The translations under genes were made by a program, and so were the position numbers. Source: an uncultured Chloroflexia bacterium (lineage in GTDB: Bacteria; Chloroflexota; Dehalococcoidia; DSTF01; JALHUB01). From it: DNA of 64,000 nt. A model generated the notes under the pieces. That model did no database searches, was not told the DNA's origin, and saw only the letters and a list, made by a program, of their open reading frames with translations. The stretch covers positions 2,048,001 through 2,112,000 of the forward strand of contig OY969814.1 of assembly GCA_963703345.1 (NCBI GenBank), written 5' to 3'. Position 1 is the stretch's first letter. Every line of letters begins with the position of its first letter. Positions 57,174-64,000 of the stretch are shown piece after piece.

Positions 57174-57362
57174 ATGAATGGCTTTTATGTAGGCGCAGCC
57201 GTCGCAGTGGGCATCGAGGTCGGGGCGACAATCGTCAGCCCCTAGCTGGAACTCAGTCAGGTGCTGATGCTCATGTTCTTCTTCGGCGCGATCTTCGGCT
57301 TTGTCTTTCACCTCTACAAGATGGCCTTCAGCGGTTCACGCTTGCCCTTCCGGCGTCCGTAG
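57174..57362 (+). pseudogene. 62-codon two-TM ORF interrupted by an in-frame TAG at 57243-57245; paralog of 63343-63531
   Basis: MNGFYVGAAVAVG..P*..MFFFGAIFGFVFHLYKMAFSG.RLPF aligns without gaps to MNGFGVGLSVALG..PD..MLWWGTISGLIFHLYQWALRG.HPPF. Confidence 0.75.
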
Positions 57363-57403
57363 CAGCAAACGCGCCTCACGCCTTCCACCCCGGCAGTCTC
57401 GCC

Positions 57404-57433
57404 TTGACAGACTAACTGGCCTCGCCTAGTCTG
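57404..57433 (+). promoter_or_regulatory. Promoter with overlapping inverted repeat upstream of the vWA-FHA gene
   Basis: TTGACA-N17-TAGTCT; CAGACTA-N12-TAGTCTG. Confidence 0.55.
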
Positions 57434-57485
57434 AGAAAAAGCATCGAGCATTTCCCACACTCTCCCCGCACAGTTGGAGCCGGCA

Positions 57486-58946
57486 TTGCTGAAGGGACTG
57501 GCGACAATCGGACTTCTGGCGGCGCTGGCGGCCGCGTTCCCCGCGCACGCGCAGTCGCCCTTGACCGTCGATGTGACGCAGGTCATAACCAGCGCCTATC
57601 CCGACGTAACCGCTGTCGTCACTGTGCGCGATGCGGCGGGCGCGCCCATAGGCGGACTGAGCGCCTCGAACTTCTCGGCGAGCGAGGGCGGGAACCCGGT
57701 CGCCGTGACGTCCGTGCAGGCGGCCGTCAACGCCGATGTCGGCCTCGCGGTCGTGCTCGTTATGGACACGAGCGGCAGCATGGCGGGAGCGCCGCTATCG
57801 CTTGCCGAGGAGGCAGCGGTCAGCCTGGTCAACAGCCTCCTGCCGAAGGACGGCGCTATCGTCATTCCCTTCGCCGACAACGTCGGCGCGCCCAGCCCTC
57901 TGACCGCCGACAAGCAGGCTCTGGCGGCGACGCTGCGCGGCCTTCAGGCGGGCGGCTCGACGGCGCTGTACGATGCGGTGGTGGCTGCGGCGCAATCGGC
58001 GAAGAGCGCGCCGCTGCCACGCAAGGTCGTCGTCCTCCTTACCGATGGCCAGGAATCGGGGAACCGCAGCGCGGCGGACGTGGACGGCTCGCTGAGCGCG
58101 GCGGTTAGCTCCGCGGTGCCGTTCTTCACCATCGGTCTCGGTAACGACATCAATGTGCTCTACTTGCAGGCGCTTGCGCAGCGCACCGGCGGCGAGTTCC
58201 TGGCGGCGCCGGCGCCTGGGGACATCCCATCAGTCTACGATCACATCGGCATCATGTTGCGCTCACAGTACCTGGTGCGACTGCAGCTCAGCGCGCCCGC
58301 GGACGGCGGGACATCGGACCTTACACTGACGGTCAATTCAGGCGGAGCATCAGCCAGCGGCTCGGCGCAATTCGTTCGGCCGGGCGTGGCATCAACCGCG
58401 ACGCCGCAGCAGGCGTCAGAAGCTGTCGGGGACACGACGAGCAACGGCGCTGGACCGAACCCGGCGCTTTTCGGGCTTGCCGGCGCGATGGCCGTGCTTC
58501 TCGTGGGCGGCGGTGTCCTCGGTGTGCGACGCATGCGACGCAGCGGGATGGCGGCAGGGGAGTCGGGCGCGACGACGGCCAGCCGCTCCTACACACCGCC
58601 GCCGGTCGCTGCCTGGGAAAGCGAGTCGCCGCCGACGGCCTATCTCGTAGTCGTCGACGGGCCGGACAAGGGGAAGAGCGTTCCGCTGGGCGAGGAGGCG
58701 GTCACCCTCGGCGCCGACGCCGATTGCGCGCTTTCGCTTGCCAATCCCGACGGCCGTGTCGGCGGCCATCACGCGCGGGTCTGGCTGCGCGAAGGGCACT
58801 TCATGCTGCACCACCTGGAAGGCTCACGCTTCATGACGCAGGTGGGGGAGCGCCAGGTGGCGTGGGCGGTGCTGGAGGACGGCGACGAGATCGTCATCGG
58901 GCCGCACAGGCTGCGCTTCGAGGCGACGACGAGGGGCGAAGAGTAG
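57486..58946 (+). CDS. Signal peptide-vWA (MIDAS)-TM-FHA-like membrane protein
   Basis: AHA signal cleavage, DTSGSM, TALYDAV, LLTDG; TM near residue 335; C-terminal FHA-like LEDGDEIVIG. Confidence 0.88.
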   Translation: MLKGLATIGLLAALAAAFPAHAQSPLTVDVTQVITSAYPDVTAVVTVRDAAGAPIGGLSASNFSASEGGNPVAVTSVQAAVNADVGLAVVLVMDTSGSMAGAPLSLAEEAAVSLVNSLLPKDGAIVIPFADNVGAPSPLTADKQALAATLRGLQAGGSTALYDAVVAAAQSAKSAPLPRKVVVLLTDGQESGNRSAADVDGSLSAAVSSAVPFFTIGLGNDINVLYLQALAQRTGGEFLAAPAPGDIPSVYDHIGIMLRSQYLVRLQLSAPADGGTSDLTLTVNSGGASASGSAQFVRPGVASTATPQQASEAVGDTTSNGAGPNPALFGLAGAMAVLLVGGGVLGVRRMRRSGMAAGESGATTASRSYTPPPVAAWESESPPTAYLVVVDGPDKGKSVPLGEEAVTLGADADCALSLANPDGRVGGHHARVWLREGHFMLHHLEGSRFMTQVGERQVAWAVLEDGDEIVIGPHRLRFEATTRGEE

Positions 58947-58996
58947 CGCTACGCTTGTAGCGGGCTTTCCGTCTGCAGCCTTCGATGCGATGCAGC

Positions 58997-59023
58997 GTTT
59001 ACGCTGTGTTTACAAAAGTTTAC
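58997..59023. repeat. Three phased GTTTAC direct repeats at the left edge of the island
   Basis: GTTTAC at 58997, 59008 and 59018 in an AT-rich patch. Confidence 0.7.
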
Positions 59024-59100
59024 ACAAAAGCCCCTAAAAAGGCGCCAATTGCGATTTCCGCTGAGGGCGAGCGTCCGGGCTCCGTCTAGAGGGCTCTCGT

Positions 59101-59598
59101 CTAGGAGATTCGAACGTACCGCCGGTCCACGACGATCGTTATTCCCGGCACCACTTCACCTGTCTGCCGGAAGTGCTCCAGGATCTGAGAACGGTCAATC
59201 TCGACTTTGATCCGCCGGAACTCCTCTGGTACGTCGCCCACGCACACGATGTCACAGGAAAGAGGAGCTTTGGCCAGGGACACCGTCAGCGTCGGCCCGC
59301 TCACCTTTTCCCGAGTCACCGCCTCCATCTCCCCAAGCAGATAGCGCTTGAGCCAGTCAATGCGGCCTGCGAGATGCCTCTTCCGCCCCTGCAGCCTGTC
59401 CACTTCCGCGGCAAGAACCGTCACGTCGGCCGCCATGGACCGGATGATCTTGGCGATGCTCAACACCTTCTCGTCAAAGGCGCCACCGAGACCACTTAAC
59501 AGATCGAGATAACGAGTCTCATCCTCGCCATCTCCAGAGGCTTCGCTGAGCTCTTCAAGGACGGAGCGATAAGCATCGGTCAATTCATACAGCTTCAT
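59101..59598 (-). CDS. Siphovirus Gp157-family protein
   Basis: MKLYELTDAY..LEEL, EKV.SIAK.IR, EVDRLQ.RK, LKRYL..M, GEVVPG. Confidence 0.82.
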   Translation of the reverse strand: MKLYELTDAYRSVLEELSEASGDGEDETRYLDLLSGLGGAFDEKVLSIAKIIRSMAADVTVLAAEVDRLQGRKRHLAGRIDWLKRYLLGEMEAVTREKVSGPTLTVSLAKAPLSCDIVCVGDVPEEFRRIKVEIDRSQILEHFRQTGEVVPGITIVVDRRYVRIS

Positions 59599-59846
59599 TG
59601 TTCTTGCCCCTCTCTCGCCAGCCTCATCCTCAAGGCCATAGCGTGCTTGCACACCCCTCGATATGTGTAAGCCGCACAGCTGCAACGAATGTGACCCCAG
59701 GGGCTGACGTCTAGTTCAAAATAGGAGCCCGGCTCGGCGGTGCGGCTGCGCGCCAGGTAGCGACTAGTCCCTGCCAACTTGACCAGGCGGACCCGCTCGG
59801 CAACAGCTCGAGCCTTCGCACGGGTTTCCAGTTCAGAAGGTTCCAT
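59595..59846 (-). CDS. SWIM zinc-finger protein
   Basis: CSC......GVCKH (CxC-n-CxH); ATGA overlap with the Gp157 gene. Confidence 0.8.
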   Translation of the reverse strand: MEPSELETRAKARAVAERVRLVKLAGTSRYLARSRTAEPGSYFELDVSPWGHIRCSCAAYTYRGVCKHAMALRMRLAREGQEQ

Positions 59847-59860
59847 GGCCCGCACCCCGG

Positions 59861-60196
59861 TCAACTGGCCTGTTGGGCGCGCTCAGCGACGCCGCCGGCG
59901 CCCGTTCCCGGCAGCCGGTTTAGTAGCCTCGCTCGCTCGTAAGCCTGAGTGATATTGGCCCGCACGAAGGGCCTCTCAATTACGAGCATACGAGCGAGAC
60001 CAGCTAAGCAGTTGCTTCCCACGAAGTAGTCCCTCTGCGCCTCTATGTCTCGAAGTCCCCAAAGAAGGTTGGGTAGTGCCGAACCGCAGGCATCACAGGT
60101 GCTATCCCTCGGGTTCCGCACCACGCCCCGGAACCGCCTTAGCCTCTTGCCCGCCGCGAACGCAGCAAGTTTGGCCTCAAATCGGGAGCCGTACAT
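59861..60196 (-). CDS. Hypothetical putative Zn-binding protein
   Basis: AAGGAGA RBS; CDACG..VGSNC. Confidence 0.72.
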   Translation of the reverse strand: MYGSRFEAKLAAFAAGKRLRRFRGVVRNPRDSTCDACGSALPNLLWGLRDIEAQRDYFVGSNCLAGLARMLVIERPFVRANITQAYERARLLNRLPGTGAGGVAERAQQAS

Positions 60197-60223
60197 CTAT
60201 CTCTCCTTTCTTGATCGCCGCTC

Positions 60224-61063
60224 TCAATAGCGGTTGCAAGCCCTGCAGATCTGCGGGGACACCGGCTCTCCCCGTTCCGTGCAGTACATCTGCAGCCACG
60301 AACACGGGCTCGGCTTTGCCAACACCTCGTCCTCAACGGCGCCGCCGGCGATGGCCAGCTCCGCCTTGAAGTCGGCGATGGAATACGAAGGCTTCTGAGC
60401 CTTCTGGTCCTCCGCGTAGCCCAGCCAGAAATGGGGATCGTTAGTCTGGGTTGCAACGATGTACCAAGTGACCTCCTGAAGGGAGCAGTTTTGCATTCGA
60501 TTGCAAACTCCACCCTCCCCCCCAAGGAAGAACACGTCCCACACCCTGGCCAGGTTATATGCCTGGCGCCAGCCGATCCCGAAGGTACTGCCCATTGCCT
60601 CCCAGGCTCGGTCCCCGTAGACGCTGCGTTGTTTGGCCTCCCACAGAATGGCGGCCTGGGCCTTCCAGGCGCGCTGATCGAAGCCACGAAGGTAGAGAAA
60701 GATGTTGACAAGCTGCTCGTCGCTGAGGTATGGTATCCCCCGGACGAGAGAATCGAGCCGCAATTCCAGGAGGTTGAGCTCGTGGAAGTACTCCGACGGC
60801 CTGAAGTCGGGGTTGAAGAGGCGCCGGGGGACAACCTTGCCTGTCCCGGGCTCGGTCACTGCCAGCTGACTCTTCGTGCGTTCCAGACGCCACCGCTGCT
60901 CAGTGACCTGTGTATGGCAGGAGCGGCAGAGGACCGCCTTATTGGACGCAGCTTCGATCTCGGGGCGACTCGAGCCTCCCATGCGACGCGGCTCGATGTG
61001 GTGGACCTCTAGATTGCGGGAGGTGCCACAGATTTCGCAGTGCCTGTCTTCCGCGATTAGCAT
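60224..61063 (-). CDS. HNH endonuclease fused to an unknown helical/HTH-like region
   Basis: CEICG..LEVHHIEPRRMGG..N..VLCRSCH at the N-terminus; C-terminal Cys cluster. Confidence 0.8.
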   Translation of the reverse strand: MLIAEDRHCEICGTSRNLEVHHIEPRRMGGSSRPEIEAASNKAVLCRSCHTQVTEQRWRLERTKSQLAVTEPGTGKVVPRRLFNPDFRPSEYFHELNLLELRLDSLVRGIPYLSDEQLVNIFLYLRGFDQRAWKAQAAILWEAKQRSVYGDRAWEAMGSTFGIGWRQAYNLARVWDVFFLGGEGGVCNRMQNCSLQEVTWYIVATQTNDPHFWLGYAEDQKAQKPSYSIADFKAELAIAGGAVEDEVLAKPSPCSWLQMYCTERGEPVSPQICRACNRY

Positions 61064-61078
61064 CGAGCTCCGACCTAC

Positions 61079-61111
61079 TGATACTGTAATGATACTATAA
61101 TGATACCACAT
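61079..61111. promoter_or_regulatory. Three 11-bp tandem repeats (candidate operators) in the divergent promoter region
   Basis: TGATACTGTAA / TGATACTATAA / TGATACCACAT; TATAAT at 61096. Confidence 0.7.
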
Positions 61112-61335
61112 TGAGCGCATCTGTCAAGCCCAACCACCCAACTCTGAGACTGCGCGAGTGGAGAACTAGGCGCGCGCTATCTCAACAGGACCTAGGTGAA
61201 CTCGCGGGAATCGGTAGGGCGACGATCGCGAGAATCGAGGAAGGCAAGCAGTTTCCGAGACCGAGGACGCTGCGGAGGTTGGCGATCGCGCTCGGCATCA
61301 AGCCAGAGAAGCTGTTCCAGGATCCTTTCACGTAG
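61111..61335 (+). CDS. XRE-family HTH transcriptional regulator
   Basis: LREWR..RALSQQDLGELAGIGRATIARIEEG..PRPRTLRRLA.ALGI. Confidence 0.9.
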   Translation: MSASVKPNHPTLRLREWRTRRALSQQDLGELAGIGRATIARIEEGKQFPRPRTLRRLAIALGIKPEKLFQDPFT

Positions 61336-61496
61336 AGAACAACAGCTACGCGGCAAGTGTTCGCCGGGCGACCGTCTGCACCTTCGGGTTGCACCCGTGT
61401 CGGTGCCGTCTCCTTCGTTTCGATCGCTTGCCAGATTAACCTTCCCCCACAAACGCTACCACTGCGTCGATAGCCCGCAACGCTGGGAAGTGACCA

Positions 61497-62843
61497 CTAC
61501 CTAGGGGAATCTCTCCCCACACACGGCACCTTCGGCAGCGTGAACAAGACGGCGTCGTCGTACTCCGTCCGCTGCCCGTAGCCCGCCGTGACATCGTCCT
61601 CCCAGTCGACGGGAAAGACGTTTCCCTTGGGAATGACGAGAAGGTCCGGCGGGCAGGCGATCAATTGCTGTCTCATCGCTTCGCCCCAGTCGCTTCTGGC
61701 TACGAGATGCGTGCTCACGAAGAAACGTCGTTCCGGCTGACGGTCGGCATAGGCATACAAGTACGTTCTGTCTCCCAGAACGTAGACCTCTCCCTTGGCC
61801 GTGTGGATCGCGTCGATCATCGCCTGTTGCGGCCTCGCGCCGGACCAGGCCACCACGAAGAGATCGAACGCGACGACGATGATGGCGACGAAGCCGAGAA
61901 CGGCGGTGATCACCCGGCGCTGGAATATGCGATCGAGCCCGATGGCGGCAAACAGCGCGGCCGGCGGAGCGAGCAGGGCGTAGTCATGCGCCCAGTCCAA
62001 GCCGGTGGCCTTCACCGAGACGACGCCGCAGACCGCCCAGAGCCAGATCAGCCGGTTCCGCTGGCGAAACGCGCCGGCCAGGGCAGAATACCAGAGAGGC
62101 AGCGCCCCGATGAGCACGCCCGGATTGGGAACGAGCAGTTGAAGGATCCCGTGCCCGTAGCCGAGGTTGCGGCCATAGCTAAGGTTGAAAGAGACGTTGG
62201 CCTCCAAATAGTCGCGCCAGATCGGCAGGAATGGCAGCGAGACGAGAAGGCACACCGCGGCGCCACCCAGCGCCGCCCGCCAGGCATCGCGTCGCCAGAG
62301 CAGCACGAGGACCGGCGCAAAGACAATGGCGACGGGCCTGGTCATGACGGCAATCCCCAGTAGCACCCCGGCAAGCACCGGCGATCCGACGGCAAACGAT
62401 GCCAGCAGCGGCAGCAGCAGGAACGCCTCGGTGTTGGCGCTGGCGAGCATGAACGGGTTGGCCATTAACAGCGTGTACGCTATGACCGCCAGCGAAGTCT
62501 GTCGACCGGAAAGCCAGCGCCTTGCGAGCACTGCCACCAGCGGGACGGTTGCGGCAACCAGGAGCGCCGCCAGAACGCGCTCGAACTCGATGCTCGCGCC
62601 CAGCCCGGCCGGCAGGTACCAGAGGTAGATTAGCGGAGGCTTGTGATCGAAGAGGTCGTGGTACGGCCATTTTCCATGTACGATGCCGGTGGCGATGATC
62701 TTGTAAATGGCCTCGTCGGGGTCGTAGGGAAGGATGAATGCAAGTACGGTCAGCCATGCGGCAAGCAGGGCCGCACAGACTTTCCACTGTACGCCTAGCT
62801 TCGAGTGCGGCGCGGGCAGCGCCTCCCGAACGGACGCGGCGAT
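61497..62843 (-). CDS. GT-C fold membrane glycosyltransferase (ArnT/PMT-like); start uncertain
   Basis: DPDEAIY, PYHDLFDHKPPLIY, ANTE, multi-TM; ORF is open to 62933, strong SD precedes ATC at 62843. Confidence 0.8.
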   Translation of the reverse strand: MAASVREALPAPHSKLGVQWKVCAALLAAWLTVLAFILPYDPDEAIYKIIATGIVHGKWPYHDLFDHKPPLIYLWYLPAGLGASIEFERVLAALLVAATVPLVAVLARRWLSGRQTSLAVIAYTLLMANPFMLASANTEAFLLLPLLASFAVGSPVLAGVLLGIAVMTRPVAIVFAPVLVLLWRRDAWRAALGGAAVCLLVSLPFLPIWRDYLEANVSFNLSYGRNLGYGHGILQLLVPNPGVLIGALPLWYSALAGAFRQRNRLIWLWAVCGVVSVKATGLDWAHDYALLAPPAALFAAIGLDRIFQRRVITAVLGFVAIIVVAFDLFVVAWSGARPQQAMIDAIHTAKGEVYVLGDRTYLYAYADRQPERRFFVSTHLVARSDWGEAMRQQLIACPPDLLVIPKGNVFPVDWEDDVTAGYGQRTEYDDAVLFTLPKVPCVGRDSPR

Positions 62844-62935
62844 GTTTCCCTCCTCTTCCCCGGACACATGCACCAAGCTCGCACATCCTGGCCCGTTCAG
62901 ACAAGAGCTGCCTACATCGACTCGTTTGAGCACTC

Positions 62936-63253
62936 GCGCCGTCCGTCCGCCTCGTGGTCGTGGAGGGGTCGGACAGCAGCCGCAGCGTCAACCTGGGCGA
63001 GCAGGCCGTCACCCTCGACTCCGACGCCGACTGCACGCTGCGGCTCGCCGACTCTGGCGGCCGTGTCGGCGGGCAGAACGCGCGCATCTGGCTGCGTGAG
63101 GACCACTTCGTGCTCCACCACCTGCTGGGCGGCCGCTACGCGACGGTGGTTGGGAAGAACTCGCTGAAGTGGGCGATGGCGGAGGACGGCGAAGAGATCG
63201 TCATCGGACCGCACAAGCTGTGCTTCGAGTCAATGGGAAAGAGTGAAGGATAG
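62936..63253 (+). pseudogene. Isolated paralogous copy of the FHA-like domain of 57486-58946 (5'-truncated or standalone)
   Basis: Ungapped match LVVV.G.D...SV.LGE.AVTL..DADC.L.LA...GRVGG..AR.WLRE.HF.LHHL..EDG.EIVIGPH.L.FE; in-frame TGA at 62927, no clear RBS. Confidence 0.75.
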
Positions 63254-63342
63254 CATCACCTAGGCGGGCGAGCGGGCGCTGGCGGCGTGCTGTGACCGGC
63301 GGACTACCGGTCGCAGGCAGAGTTGCCGATAGTCAAGATGGA

Positions 63343-63531
63343 ATGAACGGCTTTGGCGTAGGTCTGAGCGTAGCCTTAGGTTGGGGCATCGGAGGCCGGC
63401 TTGCCGTACCTGACGCGTACCCCGTAGCTCTCCTGATGGGCATGCTCTGGTGGGGCACGATCTCCGGGCTCATCTTCCATCTCTACCAGTGGGCGCTGCG
63501 CGGCGTCCACCCGCCGTTCGGCCGCCGCTAG
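63343..63531 (+). CDS. Small two-TM hypothetical protein (62 aa)
   Basis: Homologous to 57174-57362 from the same Met. Confidence 0.72.
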   Translation: MNGFGVGLSVALGWGIGGRLAVPDAYPVALLMGMLWWGTISGLIFHLYQWALRGVHPPFGRR

Positions 63532-63638
63532 TATATAGATTGGACTAAGGGGGACTCCGAACCCCGCACGATCTTCCTCGCCCAGCGGCCCGCACCGGCT
63601 GCGCTTCGAGCATGCGTCCAAGGCGTCGCCCCAGCCCC

Positions 63639-64000
63639 CTAGCGACGGACGAAGACCGATTCTACAGGCCCAGTGAACTCCTCCTGCCAGCCACTGCCGG
63701 AGCGCATCGCCTTCGCGAGCTTCGAGTCGCGCTGCACCAGCGCCACTTCGACGCCGTACTGCGAGAGCAGGTCGTCCCAGCCGTCGTCCACCCGCAGAAC
63801 GTGAATGTAGTCGCCAAAGATCTTGTCGCCGTAGAACTCCTCCCGACCGTCGATAAAGACGGGCGTGTTCGGATACAGGCGGTCGATCAGGTAGCCGCCC
63901 CAGCCGTAATCGTTGAAGAGGCGCTCGCCCGAGTAGTTGCTCTCCACGAAGGCCGCGCCCGCCGCCGGATAGCCGTCGCTGCTGGGCTGGAACCCGGAGA
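63639..64000 (-). CDS. C-terminal part of a membrane protein, GT-C-like family (5' end outside window)
   Basis: YP..A..F, LFNDYGWGGYLI, PVFIDGR..FYG. Confidence 0.7.
   Translation of the reverse strand, partial: SGFQPSSDGYPAAGAAFVESNYSGERLFNDYGWGGYLIDRLYPNTPVFIDGREEFYGDKIFGDYIHVLRVDDGWDDLLSQYGVEVALVQRDSKLAKAMRSGSGWQEEFTGPVESVFVRR

Larger units (their letters stand above)
58990..61340. mobile_element. Small phage-like island or remnant without integrase
   Basis: Atypical codon usage; Gp157-like, SWIM, HNH and divergent XRE genes; phased repeats at the edge; boundaries approximate. Confidence 0.6.

Noticed and set aside
57243-57245. Genome-wide TAG reassignment
   Set aside because: TAG is the evident stop of many conserved genes here (def, rplS, rsmH, ftsI, mraY, murD, ddl, rny)
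58640-63253. Diversity-generating retroelement (TR/VR pair) in the FHA duplicates
   Set aside because: Differences affect all four bases rather than adenines only, and no reverse transcriptase is in the window

Overview
High-GC bacterial chromosomal window made mostly of housekeeping genes. Gene order and content suggest Chloroflexota, probably Dehalococcoidia-like (inference, not a database result). In order it holds: a partial CCA-adding/HD enzyme, def, rplS-trmD, a near-complete dcw cluster (mraZ to ftsZ, without murE), nrdR with two tandem class II ribonucleotide reductases, yggS-proC-yggT/yggU, recA-recX-rny-ymdB-PHP, a tasA-like/sipW/SipW-substrate operon, four tRNAs (including an uncommon Arg-GCG), icd-like, mscL, uvrC, pcm, xerD, an InhA-like metalloprotease, dsbA-VKOR, a Fur/Zur-regulated metal ABC operon, gltD-like, peroxiredoxin and ArsA/Get3. 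An accessory end region has a vWA-FHA gene, an integrase-less HTH/HNH/SWIM/Gp157 island, GT-C genes and duplicated fragments. Most striking non-coding signal: directly upstream of tRNA-Met, under the same promoter, is a degenerate second copy of that tRNA in which the D loop, anticodon loop and T arm each carry a short CGCC-N(0-4)-GGCG palindrome. The same palindromes fill swappable slots in a dispersed ~170-bp repeat element found at three loci. This points to a process that inserts short palindromes into hairpin loops.
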